Positions 24,147-37,800 of a stretch of 64,000 bases of DNA are shown here, in pieces. Below the pieces are notes generated by a model. That model had not been told where the DNA came from and did no database searches. It saw only the letters and a list, made by a program, of their open reading frames with translations. Both the position numbers and the translations under genes were made by a program. How positions within the stretch are numbered: the stretch's first letter is position 1; the number at the start of each line of letters is the position of its first letter. This stretch comes from Macrostomum hystrix (lineage: Eukaryota > Animalia > Platyhelminthes), in the NCBI GenBank assembly GCA_950097015.1, contig CATNEN010000038.1, positions 32,302,001 through 32,366,000 on the forward strand, in the 5' to 3' direction.

Positions 24147-27051
24147 ATGCGCCTAACACACTTGCTGGCCATGTGTTCCGGTGCCACCAAGCAGGCTCTG
24201 ATGCAGCTCAGGCAATCGACCGGCTACCCTATTCTTGCCTGCAGGCAGGCTTTGAATCGTTTCGACGGCGACGCCGCGGCTGCGAGAGCTTGGTTAGACG
24301 AACGTGCCCAAGCCGAGGGCTGGGCTAAGGCTGAGAAGCTTGTTGATAGGACTGCGCAGCAGGTGAGAGAAGGTGCTGGCAAAAAATAAAAATAAATTAT
24401 TACAACGTTTAATATTAAATTGTCAGGAGGGCTGCGGGCAATGGCATTATCATTTGATGACAATAGACCCGCAGCCAGCGAGGAGGCAATTCTGCCATTT
24501 TCACTGGCTCCTGAGCACACACGCACACAGATACTGTATCGGTATACGCTCACACAGGTGTGTACATCTGCCCTGACTTACTGACATCGTCAGGCAGTGT
24601 ACACTCTCACTGTGCCTTAGAGGTTGACCCTAAAGGGTTTGAATTGCACGACAATTTCCCAAATGTCTTTTCTCCGCGGCTGCGCCCTAAATAAATGTGG
24701 CCTCGCCGCGGAACTTAGGGACAAGTCAACTTAGTCTGTGGCAAAGTGGCACCCCCTGATGACACCTTCACCAATTGGGCCAGATGTGCAGTCGACAGCA
24801 CAGCCGCAGCTATTACGCGGCGCGTCTGAAGTCTGCGTACGGCTGTTCAGTCCATGGACTGGGGTGACGCCACACCCACCCTTAATTACTCCAGCTGGGT
24901 GAATTGAAGCAATGTAGAGTTCAGTGGAGTCGGGAATCGAACCCGCGACCATTCAAGTATTGAGTCCCACGCTCTAATCACTAGGCTATAATTCTTAAAA
25001 TATCCGTTTAAAGCATTTTTTGCTTTCAATGAACAATTTAGTAATTTCTTTCAACCTTAGGGTCTCCTTGGCATTGTTCGGCGACCAACGAATCCGAATC
25101 GGCTGACACTGCTAGAGCTGCGCTGTGAGACTGACTTTGTGGCGCGAAATGCTAAATTTCAGGTGCGTTCTAAATAGTCCGCAATCCTTCAGAAGTGTAC
25201 AGTGGTTTAATTACCACAGGAATTTCGCGTTTTTCTCTAAGGCCAGGATTCGAACTCCTGACGTGTTGCTCTAATTTTTATCGCACAAATATATATAAAG
25301 AGTTTGTTTTCAAATGCTAACACCATCAATATAGGCCCTACTATCGGACGCTTGCAATCGTCTGTCGGACAAATTTGATTCGGTTTGCCAGCAGGGCGTC
25401 ACCCTGGTCCCTAGAGACACCCTGCTTAGTCTGGCTCTAACAAACGGTCATTCCATGGCCGATTCCATTGCTAGCACCGTTGGCAGCGTCGGCGAGAATA
25501 TTGTCTGCGGCCGGGCTCTAGTGTTCAACGCCCAGCCGGACCAGTTGGCTCTCTACTGTCACTCGCCTTGGCAGGTTGAGTCGTCTCAATCGCCAGTTGA
25601 TGGCGCCAGTTTTCTGTTTGGCCGATACGCCGCGGCTGTGGCCTACACAGGTGGCAGCGAACAGCTGGCCTACCAACTGTGCCAGCACATTGTTGGTCGA
25701 AATCCTGCTAGGTTTGTGGCTCGCTTTTATTCAAATTTGTTTATTTATTTCCTTATCGATCGCCATTTCGGGGAATCCTGGTGTCGGATCTCGGGGAATC
25801 CCGGTGTCGGATCTCGGGGAATCCGGTGTCGGATCTCGGGGAATCCCGGTGTCGGATCTCGGGGAATCCCGGTGTCGGATCTCGGGGAATCCTGATGTCG
25901 GATCTCGGGGAATCCCGGTGTCGGATATCGGGGAATCTTGATGTCGGATCTCGGGGAATCCCGGTGTCGGGTCTCGGGGAATCCTGATGTCGGATCTCGG
26001 GGAATCCTGATGTCGGATCTCGGGGAATCCCGGTGTCGGATCTCGGGGAATCCCGGTGTCGGATCTCGGGGAATCCTGATGTCGGATCTCGGGGAATCCC
26101 GGTGTCGGATATCGGGGAATCTTGATGTCGGATCTCGGGGAATCCCGGTGTCGGGTCTCGGGGAATCCTGATGTCGGATCTCGGGGAATCCTGATGTCGG
26201 ATCTCGGGGAATCCCGGTGTCGGATCTCGGGGAATCCCGGTGTCGGATCTCGGGGAATCCTGATGTCGGATCTCGGGGAATCCCGGTGTCGGATCTCGGG
26301 GAATCCTGGTGTCGGATCTCGGGGAATCCTGGTGTCGGATATCGGGGAATCTTGATGTCGGATCTCGGGGAATCCCGGTGTCGGATCTCGGGGAATCCCG
26401 GTGTCGGATCTCGGGGAATCCTGATGTCGGATCTCGGGGAATCCCGGTGTCGGATATCGGGGAATCTTGATGTCGGATCTCGGGGAATCCCGGTGTCGGG
26501 TCTCGGGGAATCCTGATGTCGGATCTCGGGGAATCCTGATGTCGGATCTCGGGGAATCCCGGTGTCGGATCTCGGGGAATCCCGGTGTCGGATCTCGGGG
26601 AATCCTGATGTCGGATCTCGGGGAATCCTGGTGTCGTTTAATAGTGACTGGGACAGTCAGTTTAATAGTGACTTGTAAAATCTTTTTTAGAAAGCGTGGT
26701 TTTGAAATTCCAACGCTAGGATTTTATGCTAAAAAGTAGGGAAATCATACTGTTGGATCGCTATTTTTGTGGCAAAAGCATTTTACTAAGCAACAAATTT
26801 ATTTTATTAAATAAGGTTACGATTTTGCAATTGGTTAGTCTACAAAAATTAAAAAAGTAAATAAATTTGAATTGTGCACTTTTGATTTCAGGTTAGACTC
26901 GCCGGAACCAAATGCCAACCCGGATGCGGAGGACGCGCTTATTCGGCAGGAATTTCTATTAGACGAGACGCGATTGGTTGGCGATGTACTAAAAGAGGCC
27001 GACATGAAACTGACCGGCTTCTTTCGGCTGAAGTGCGCTGAAGAAAGATAA
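24147..27051 (+). CDS. TSFM: Mitochondrial elongation factor Ts
   Basis: Exons 24147-24362, 25061-25162, 25335-25711, 26892-27051. Motifs LMQLRQSTGYPILACRQAL, GWAKAEKL, LELRCETDFVARN, GENI, QLCQHIVGRNP, LIRQEFLLD. Confidence 0.93.
24418..24722 (-). mobile_element. SINE family A copy in TSFM intron 1 (head partly lost)
   Basis: Matches the reverse complement of 51040-51388 (ggagggctgcgggcaatggc...gaggaggcaattctgcccattt...ggaacttagggac). Confidence 0.85.
24740..24990 (-). mobile_element. tRNA-derived SINE family B
   Basis: Minus strand has TAGCCTAGTGATT (A-box-like) and GGTTCGATTCCC (B box), followed by AATTCACCCAGCTG and CAGTCCATGGACTGAAC. Related fragments at ~17960, ~54205 and 54645-54778. 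Confidence 0.65.
25765..26633. repeat. 23-bp minisatellite (partial 184-bp higher-order unit) in TSFM intron 3
   Basis: Unit GTGTCGGATCTCGGGGAATCC(C/T)G. Confidence 0.96.
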
Positions 27052-27434
27052 AATAAATAAATTAGAAAATAAAAAAGTAATCTAACGGACTAGGACATAG
27101 TTTAGGCTATTTTATATTTTGTTAAACTCTCGACTTGCCTGTGTGCTGCATTTCGTGTCGCGCATTTGGTTATCATATTAGTTCCAACTATCACAGGAAC
27201 AAATACAAATTACAAATGCGATTTTAATTGTTGAAACGTGACATTGTTTGGTTAAACAAATCTATTTAAATTTAAACTGTCGTATCAGTTCTACTTTGTG
27301 GTATTAAATTTGTTAGTTCTGTATTTTGTCATAAAAATTACCGAACAGCTAACTCGTTGATAGAATCCAAACATAGAAGAAATCACAATAGATAAAGTAT
27401 CTATTGTATGCAGTCTTGATTATTCTCGTAATAG

Positions 27435-30045
27435 ATCCCAATTAGATATGAAATCCCTAATTCGATATAGAATCTCTAGTCGATATAGAATCCCTATTCG
27501 ATATAGAATCCCTATTCGATATAGAATCCCTATTCGATATAGAATCCCTATTCGATATAGAATCCCTATTCGATATAGAATCCAAATTCGATATAGAATC
27601 CCTAGTGGATTTTGAATCCCTATTCGATGCAGAATCCTAATTCGATATAGAATCTTAATTCGATATAGAATCCCTAGTCGATATAGAATCCCTAGTGGAT
27701 ATAGAATCCCTATTCGATGCAGAATCCTAATTCGATATAGAATCTTAATTCGATATAGAATCTTAATTCGATATAGAATCCCTATTCGATATAGAATCCC
27801 AATTCGATATGAAATCCCAATACGATATAGAATCCCTATTCGATACAGAATCCCGATTCGATATTGAATCCTTATTCGATACAGAATCCCTATTCGATAC
27901 AGAATCCCGATTCGATATAGAATCCCTAGTCGATATAGAATCCCTAGTGGATATAGAATCCCTATTCGATGCAGAATCCTAATTCGATATAGAATCTTAA
28001 TTCGATATAGAATCCCTAGTCGATATAGAATCCCTAGTGGATATAGAATCCCTATTCGATGCAGAATCCTAATTCGATATAGAATCTTAATTCGATATAG
28101 AATCCCTAGTCGATATAGAATCCCTAGTGGATTTTGAATCCCTATTCGATGCAGAATCCTAATTCGATATAGAATCTTAATTCGATATAGAATCCCTAGT
28201 CGATATAGAATCCCTAGTGGATTTTGAATCCCTATTCGATGCAGAATCCTAATTCGATATAGAATCTTAATTCGATATAGAATCCCTAGTCGATATAGAA
28301 TCCCTAGTGGATATAGAATCCCTATTCGATGCAGAATCCTAATTCGATATAGAATCTTAATTCGATATAGAATCCCTATTCGATATAGAATCCCAATTCG
28401 ATATGAAATCCCAATACGATATTGAATCCTTATTCGATACAGAATCCCTATTCGATACAGAATCCCGATTCGATATAGAATCCCTAGTCGATATAGAATC
28501 CCTAGTGGATTTTGAATCCCTATTCGATGCAGAATCCTAATTCGATATAGAATCTTAATTCGATATAGAATCCCTAGTCGATATAGAATCCCTAGTGGAT
28601 ATAGAATCCCTATTCGATGCAGAATCCTAATTCGATATAGAATCTTAATTCGATATAGAATCCCTAGTCGATATAGAATCCCTAGTGGATTTTGAATCCC
28701 TATTCGATGCAGAATCCTAATTCGATATAGAATCTTAATTCGATATAGAATCCCAAGTCGATATAGAATCCCTAGTGAATTTTGAATCCCTATTCGATGC
28801 AGAATCCTAATTCGATATAGAATCCCTAGTCGATATAGAATCCCTAGTGAATTTTGAATCCCTATTCGATGCAGAATCCTAATTCGATATAGAATCTTAA
28901 TTCGATATAGAATCCCTATATAGAATCCCTATTCGATACAGAATCCCTATTCGATACAGAATCCCTAGTCGATATAGAATCCCTAGTCGATATAGAATCC
29001 CTAGTGGATTTTGAATCCCTATTCGATGCAGAATCCTAATTCGATATAGAATCTTAATTCGATATAGAATCCCTAGTCGATATAGAATCCCTAGTCGATA
29101 TAGAATCCCTAGTGGATTTTGAATCCCTATTCGATGCAGAATCCTAATTCGATATAGAATCTTAATTCGATATAGAATCCCTAGTCGATATAGAATCCCT
29201 AGTCGATATAGAATCCCTAGTGGATATAGAATCCCTATTCGATGCAGAATCCTAATTCGATATAGAATCTTAATTCGATATAGAATCTTAATTCGATATA
29301 GAATCTTAATTCGATATAGAATCCCTATTCGATGCAGAATCCTAATTCGATATAGAATCTTAATTCGATATAGAATCCCTAGTCGATATAGAATCCCTAG
29401 TGGATATAGAATCCCTATTCGATGCAGAATCCTAATTCGATATAGAATCTTAATTCGATATAGAATCTTAATTCGATATAGAATCTTAATTCGATATAGA
29501 ATCCCTATTCGATGCAGAATCCTAATTCGATATAGAATCTTAATTCGATATAGAATCCCTAGTCGATATAGAATCCCTAGTGGATATAGAATCCCTATTC
29601 GATGCAGAATCCTAATTCGATATAGAATCTTAGTTCGATATAGAATCCCAATTCGATATAGAATCCCTAGTGGATTTTGAATCCCTATTCGATGCAGAAT
29701 CTTAATTCGATATAGAATCTTAATTCGATATAGAATCCCTAGTCGATATAGAATCCCTAGTCGATATAGAATCCCTATTCTTTATGAAATCCCAATTCGA
29801 AATAGAATCCCTATTGGATATAGAATCCCAATTCGATATAGAATCCCAATTCGATATAGAATCCCTAGTGGATATAGAATCCCTATTCGATATAGAATCC
29901 CTATTCGATATAGAATCCCGATTCGATATATAGAATCCCTATTCGATATAGAATCCCTAGTGGATATTGAATCCCTATTCGATACAGAATCCCGATTCGA
30001 TATGAAATCCCAATTCGATATGAAATCCCAATTTAAGATTGGGAT
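27435..30045. repeat. 18-bp minisatellite between TSFM and TSC2
   Basis: Unit GAATCCCTA(T/G)TCGATATA with 90-bp higher-order blocks. The edge units read AAATCCCAATT(A/C)GATATG. Confidence 0.96.
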
Positions 30046-30336
30046 GCCAATTACCTACGCTCTCAAGCGAAATCACCTAACAAAGCTTAAAGTACAGATC
30101 AGCCCCCCTAACCATCGATACCGGAAAGCTGGACTCTAGTCCTATTTTGAGCTTTGCTGTGGTATCGAAGCTTTTTAAATGCCTGTATGTAGCTGCCTTG
30201 CAGTCACAAGTCACCTAATAAACAAAAAATAGTATTTATTATAAATTAGTAAATAATATCTTGGGTGTTTTACCTAGTTAGCCATTGCGTTCTGTTCAGC
30301 CAGCTACTGAAACGGGTTCGTTAATTTTTATTCCAG

Positions 30337-33300
30337 TCAAAGCAGGAGCAGCAGCAGCAGGATTCTTCCATCACAGACAAGCTGCGCGTCCTCTTCAATA
30401 AGAGGTCCGGCTCCACCTCATCGGAACCGCAGCAGTTGCAGTTCTTGCAGCAACAGCAGCAGCAACAGCACCACCAGCCTGTGCTGTCTCAACAGCTTAT
30501 TGATTCGCTGTCCTATGGCCAACCTGTGGAGCTGCGAATTGAGGCGGTGAGGCCTAGAAGCATTGCACTAGTGCTACATTAGATAACTAGGACAGGTGTG
30601 ATAATAATAATAATAATAATTGCAGGAGGGCTGCGTGCAGTGGCACATCATTTGGTGACACTAGATCCGCAACCAGCGAGGAGGCAATTCTGCCCATTTC
30701 GCTGACTCCTGAGCATACATGCGCACAGATACTGTACGCAGCCATACGCTCACACAGGTGTGTACATCTGCCCTGACTTTCTCATCGTCAGGCAGTGTAC
30801 ATTTCACTGTGCCTTGGAGGTTGGCCCTCAAGGGCGTAAATTGCACGACAAGCCCCCAAGCCTTCTCTCCGCGGCTGCGCCCCAATTTCATGTGGCCTCG
30901 CGGTGGAATCGAACTTAGGGACCGTGTTGCGAGAAGCAAACGCGATAACCACTCTGCCACCGACCCACTAGGGCAGGTGTGCTATTTACTAGATAATTAG
31001 GACAGGTGTGCTATTTATCAGATAATTAGGACAGGTGTGCTTTTTATTAGATAACTAGGACAGGTGTGCTATTTGATAGACAATTAGGACAGGTGTGCTT
31101 TTTATTAGATAACTAGGGCAGGTGTGCTATTTATTAGATAACTAGGACAGGTGTGCTATTTACTAGATAACTAGGACAGGTGTGCTATTTATCAGATAAC
31201 TAGGACAGGTGTGCTATTTATTAGATAACTAGGACAGGTGTGCTATTTACTAGATAACTAGGACAGGTGTGCTATTTATCAGATAATTAGGACAGGTGTG
31301 CTATTTATTAGATAACTAGGACAGGTGTGCTATTTACTAGATAACTAGGACAGGTGTGCTATTTATCAGATAACTAGGACAGGTGTGCTATTTATTAGAT
31401 AACTAGGACAGGTGTGCTTTTTATTAGATAATTAGGACAGGTGTGCTATTTATTAGATAATTAGGACAGGTGTGCTATTTATTAGATAATTAGGACAGGT
31501 GTGCTATTTATTAGATAATTAGAACAGGTGTGCTTTTTATTAGATAATTAGGACAGGTGTGCTTTTTATTAGATAATTAGGACAGGTGTGCTTTTTATTA
31601 GATAATTAGGACAGGTGTGCTATTTATTAGATAATTAGGACAGGTGTGCTATTTATTAGATAATTAGGACAGGTGTGCTATTTATTAGATAATTAGAACA
31701 GGTGTGCTTTTTATTAGATAATTAGGACAGGTGTGCTTTTTATTAGATAATTAGGACAGGTGTGCTTTTTATTAGATAATTAGGACAGGTGTGCTATTTA
31801 TTAGATAATTAGGACAGGTGTGCTATTTATTAGATAATTAGGACAGGTGTGCTATTTATTAGATAATTAGAACAGGTGTGCTTTTTATTAGATAATTAGG
31901 ACAGGTGTGCTTTTTATTAGATAATTAGAACAGGTGTGCTTTTTATTAGATAATTAGGACAGGTGTGCTATTCATTAGGCAATTAGGACAAGTGTGATAT
32001 TTATCAGACAATTAGTTAAATTATGCTATACACTTCCTCGGCCAATCACCAGATGCAGCACGTGACTGAGCTAATCGGCAATCGTCGCCTAGAGACAGAA
32101 TCGGGCGGTCTCGAGCGCCTGTGGCTGGCTGTTCGTGACCTGGTTGATCCTCGCCAGATTGGCAGCTTGGAGGCCAGATGCGCTGTCTGGCGACTGTTGG
32201 CAGCCCTGGCCAGCGCCTATTATCACTGCCTGGCCTACACTCGGGCTGCCGTGTTTCAGGCTCTGCAACGGGACACTGGGCTGGTCGAGGTAAGGGTGTA
32301 GACTTTTTGTAATAGCTACTTGAAATGTGAACTCTTTCTAATTTTTAGCTTCTGAAATCTTAAATCAGTCCATTCTAACTATGTGAAATTCCAATTAGCC
32401 AGGAATCCCAATTAGCTATGAAATCCCAATTAGCCATGAAATCCAAATTAGCCATGAAATCCCAATTAGATATGGAATCCCAATTAGCCATGAAATCCCA
32501 ATTAGCCATGAAATCCCAATTAGCCATGAAATCCCAATTAGCCATGAAATCCAAATTAGATATGAAATCCCAATAAGCTATGAAATCCCAATCAGCTATG
32601 AAATCCCAATTGGCCATGAAATCCCAATTAGCTATGAAATCCCAATTAGCCATGAAATCCCAATCAGCTATGAGATCCCAATTAGATATGAAATCCCAAT
32701 CAGCTATGAGATCCCAATTAGCCATGAAATCCCAATTAGCTATGAAATCCCAATTAGCTATGAAATCCCAATTAGCTATGAGATCCCAATTAGATATGAA
32801 ATCCCAATCAGCTATGAGATCCCAATTAGCCATGAAATCCCAATTAGCTATGAAATCCCAATTAGCTATGAAATCCCAATTAGATATGAAATCCCAATTA
32901 GCCATGAAATCCCAATTAGCTATGAAATCCCAATTAGCCATGAAATCCCAATTAGCTATGAAATCCCAATTAGCCATGAAATCCCAATTAGCTATGAGAT
33001 CCCAATTAGCTATGAAATCCCAATTAGATATGAAATCCCAATCAGCTATGAGATCCCAATTAGCTATGAAATCCCAATTAGCTATGAAATCTCAATTAGC
33101 CATGAAATCTCAATTAGCCATGAAATCCCAATTAGCTATGAAATCCCAATTAGCTATGAAATTCCAATTAGCCATGAAATCCCAATTAGCTATGAAATTC
33201 CAATTAGCGTTAAAATCCCAATTTGCTGTTAGATCCCAATTATATGTAAAAATCCCTATTAGAAGCGAAATACTGATTAGATATGAAATTCTGTTTAAAA

Positions 33301-34843
33301 ATAAAATCTAATTTGATTAATCCCTATCAGATAAAATGCCGAATCGACGTGAACTCATAATTAGCAGTAAAATCCTAATTACTTATGAAGCCACAATCAA
33401 ATAAAATCCCATGTTAATTTAATCCATAAAAGATGAAATCTTAGTGACTTAAAATCCCCATAGGTTAAATCAAGCTAAATAACGAAACAAAGCAAGCTTA
33501 AAGTACAGCTATCAGCCCCCTCAAACAATCGATCCCTCAAAGCTGGACTCGAGTCCCATTGAGCTGTGCAGTCGGATCGAGGCTCTCAAATGCCTGACTC
33601 GTTGCGGAGTGGACCTGGCCCTGATGGAGGAGGAAGCTGGCCCGCTGCTCTGCCGCTGGCTGGCCAGGTGTGGCGGCCTCTCCACCGTCGTCTCCAACGC
33701 CCTATTTCCATTGTTATTGAGCACAGTTGAGCACAATGCCGGGCATTTTGATCACGCCCACGTGAGAGACATGGCTCTCACAGTATGGTCGCTCTGCCAG
33801 ACGCCTGGCAATATAAACCAGTGCGGCCAGCACTATGTTGGCCTGCTGCGCAAATTGGTTCAGCATCACAGTCTGCCAATGGAATGCCTGATGTCCACCG
33901 CGAGAGCTCTGTGCCTCATGGCTACTCATCCAGCGGTGCGTGTACTGATTGTATTTGTTAACTTCTCGTCACGTGGTTTTAAATGTTAGTTTTCCCATTA
34001 AAGTTTATAGTTCATGGATGGTATTATATGTATTGCATGCGTGATCCAAGGTCATCTGCTGAGTGGAGCACGTTTGAATTGCGTGATTCAAGGTCATCTA
34101 CTGAATTTAGCACGTTTGAATCGCGTGATTCTATGTCAGCAATTAAATGTAGTTTGTTTATCTTTACATAATTCAAGGTCAGTTGCTAAATATATCCAGG
34201 AAAATGCAGCACGCATCTATGGCGTGATATAGGGTCAACTATACTAAAAACAGCACTCTTGATTGAATCACGTGATTCAAAATAGTTGCTTAATACGAGC
34301 GCATATCTGAAATAGTATAAGGTGGAAACGCGAACAACTTTATTGAGTAGACGTTTCAATGAGTAGTTTTTGCTGACCGTTTTTTCAGTTGACTCACAAA
34401 GCCTGGGACGTTATTCACTCTCTGCTGTGCTCACACCTGGGCCAGGCCAGCCTGCTAGTGTTGTGCGCTCTGCTAGAATCTCCTGATAGCAGTCCGGCCA
34501 TTGTGCGCGGCTCCCTAGCCTGTCTTTCTCTAGCTCTGTGGGGCGAACGAGGCCAACGTGTTGACCAGCTGTGCCCTAACTATACGAGTGTACTGTTGTG
34601 CCTGCTCCGGGCATTGGGTCGGGCTCCTGATTCGGTTCGACAACAATTAGCCCTTGATATTCTAGCCTCAGTTGCTAGGCTATTAGAGGCCATGGCAACC
34701 GCGCCTAGTTTGCGTTCGTTATGCTGGACTGTACTATTAGATCTGCTTGATCGATGCTTTGAAGCTTGCCGCGAGGTCAATACTATTGGTGGCGATCCGG
34801 AGAAGGTCTGTCTAGCTATTGAACATCTGCTAGGATTCAGCTT

Positions 34844-34875
<32 letters not shown>

Positions 34876-37800
34876 GATTGTTTACAGGTAATTTGTTTAT
34901 TTTAGCCCCACTGTAAGATCTCACGCTGAGATCTTTCTAGATCATCCAGGATCTCACCCCTGAGATCTCCCCAGACTATCAAGGATCTCACCCCTGAGAT
35001 CTCTCCAGATCATCCAGGATCTCACCCCTGAGATCTCTCTAGATCATCCAGGATCTCACCCCTGAGATCTCCCCAGACTATCAATGATCTCACCACTGAG
35101 ATCTCTTCAGACTTTTAAATCTCACCCTTGGTATCTCCGCCCTATATTGGCGTTATTATATCTAAAATCTCATCTGATAAGTAGAGAGATCTCACCCAGA
35201 CATCATTCTAGGCTCGTTATGATTTTACTTTAACAAAAAAAGATTCATGAGTAACTGTCCTGAGATATTACATTATCCGGCATGAACCCCCCATCTGAAG
35301 GTTCTGCCGCGGACTTTGACCGGCTTCACGAGCTTCTGCTAAACTACGCTCGACTCAGACCCGCTGAAACTGCAGCCGCCGGGCTCTGTCATAGCCGCTG
35401 GGCGCGTCGTCATTGCCTTAGAGTGGCACCTCGGTTGCTAGGCAACGACCAAAACAACGACGCCGGCGATATGAGAACAGCTGTTGCGCTTGCTGGAATA
35501 AAACTTTTGAGTTCGGCATGGACTGAAGCGAAACACACCTGCGACAGGTTGGGAGTGTCAGCTTTTTTGTTTTTCTATGAAAAATACTGCGATGAGATTT
35601 GGGGATTTGAGTTGTAGCTTTGATTTGACGGTTCAGTTTTAAGATGAGATTAAAGGATTTAAATTGTAAGGTGAGATTCGAGAATTTGAGTGTAGGCTGA
35701 GATTCGAGAATTTGAGTGTAGGGTGAGATTCGAGAATTTGAGTGTAGGGTGAGATTTGAGAATTTAAGTGTAGGGTGAGATTTGAGAATTTGAGTGTAGG
35801 GTGAGATTTGAGTGTAGGGTAAGATTTGAGTGTAGGGTGAGATTCGAGAATTTGAGTGTAGGGTGAGATTTGAGAATTTAAGTGTAGGGTGAGATTTGAG
35901 AATTTGAGTGTAGGGTGAGATTTGAGTGTAGGGTGAGATTTGAGTGTAGGGTAAGATTTGAGTGTAGGGTGAGATTTGAGTGTAGGGTGAGATTTGAGGA
36001 TTTGAGTGTAGGGTGAGATTTGAGGATTTGAGTGTAGGGTGAGATTTGAGAATTTGAGTGTAGGGTGAGATTTGAGGATTTGAGTGTAGGGTGAGATTTG
36101 AGAATTTGAGTGTAGGGTGAGATTTGAGTGTAGGGTAAGATTTGAGTGTAGGGTGAGATTTGAGTGTAGGGTGAGATTTGAGGATTTGAGTGTAGGGTGA
36201 GATTTGAGTGTAGGGTGAGATTTGAGGATTTGAGTGTAGGGTGAGATTTGAGTGTAGGGTAAGATTTGAGTGTAGGGTGAGATTTGAGTGTAGGGTGAGA
36301 TTTGAGGATTTGAGTGTAGGGTGAGATTTGAGGATTTGAGTGTAGGGTGAGATTTGAGAATTCGAGTGTAGGGTGAGATTTGAGTGTAGGGTGAGATTTG
36401 AGGATTTGAGTGTAGGGTGAGATTTGAGTGTAGGGTGAGATTTGAGTGTAGGGTGAGATTTGAGTGTAGGGTGAGATTTGAGGATTTGAGTGTAGAGTGA
36501 GATTTGAGTGTAGGGTGAGATTTGAGGATTTGAGTGTAGGGTGAGATTTGAGTGTAGGCTGAGATTTGAGTGTAGGGTGAGATTTGAGGATTTGAGTGTA
36601 GGGTGAGATTTGAGGATTTGAGTGTAGGGTGAGATTTGAGGATTTGAGTGTAGGGTGAGATTTGAGGATTTGAGTGTAGGGTGAGATTTGAGGATTTGAG
36701 TGTAGGGTGAGATTTGAGGATTTGAGTGTAGGGTGAGATTTGAGGATTTGAGTGTAGGGTGAGATTTGAGGATTTAAATGTATGGTGAGATTTGAGGATT
36801 TGCGTGTAGAGTGAGATTTCAGGATTTAGGACTCTCAGAGTGAGATTCCCATGAGATAAATTCTGCGGTAAGACCTTGGAATATAGGAACTATTTACTTT
36901 TCCGCAGTTGAAAAATCCCAGCGCGCTAATGGACCCTAATCTTAACTCGCCACCCAGGCTAGCCATCTTGACCGTGCTGAACCAAACAGCCACAGAGTTT
37001 CGCCTTCAAAGCGTAGCCGAACCGGAATTCGCCTGCGCCGCAGTTCAGCTCAGCCTGGACTGGCTAGCGAGCCTGGCCAATAGCGTCGACGACGACGTCA
37101 ACGAAGATGGCGATTGTGACTCGCTCTGCTGTGGCTGTCTTGTCTGGGCCACCAAAATCTGCCAGTCCGGCAACGCCGGTCCGCCTCTGTTAGCCGCTGT
37201 GCGCGGATTGGCTACGGCTTTTAACGCCGCTCTGCGTCGCGATTGGTCGACAGCGGCTGTTGGAGTGTACAAACTGCTGGCCAATCAGGTGCGTTTTCCC
37301 TTAATAGGGTCAAACTGTTTTGTTTTTGTTTCGGCTTGACGATTGAGTCAACACTCAACAGGTTAGTCAGCTGGGTCAACAGGTTAGTCAACTGGGTCAG
37401 CATGTTAGTCAAGTGGGTCAACACATTATTCAAGTGAGCCAACAGGTTAGTCAAGTGGGTCAACACATTATTCAAGTGGGTCAACAGGTTAGTCAAGTGA
37501 GTCAACAGGTTAGTCAAGTGGGTCAACACATTATTCAAGTGAGCCAACAGGTTAGTCAAGTGGGTCAACCGGTTAGTCAAGTGGGTCAATAGGTTAGTCA
37601 AGTGAGTCAACAGGTTAGTCAAGTGGGTCAACAGGTTAGTCAAGTGAGTCAACAGGTTAGTCAAGTGGGTCAACACATTATTCAAGTGAGTCAACAGGTT
37701 AGTCAAGTGGGTCAACAGGTTAGTCAAGTGGGTCAACCGGTTAGTCAAGTGGGTCAACAGGTTAGTCAAGTGAGTCAACAGGTTAGTCAAGTGAGTCAAC

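Noticed and set aside
32375-33311. MKSQLA / ANWDF repeat ORFs
   Set aside because: Translations of the 18-bp intronic satellite.
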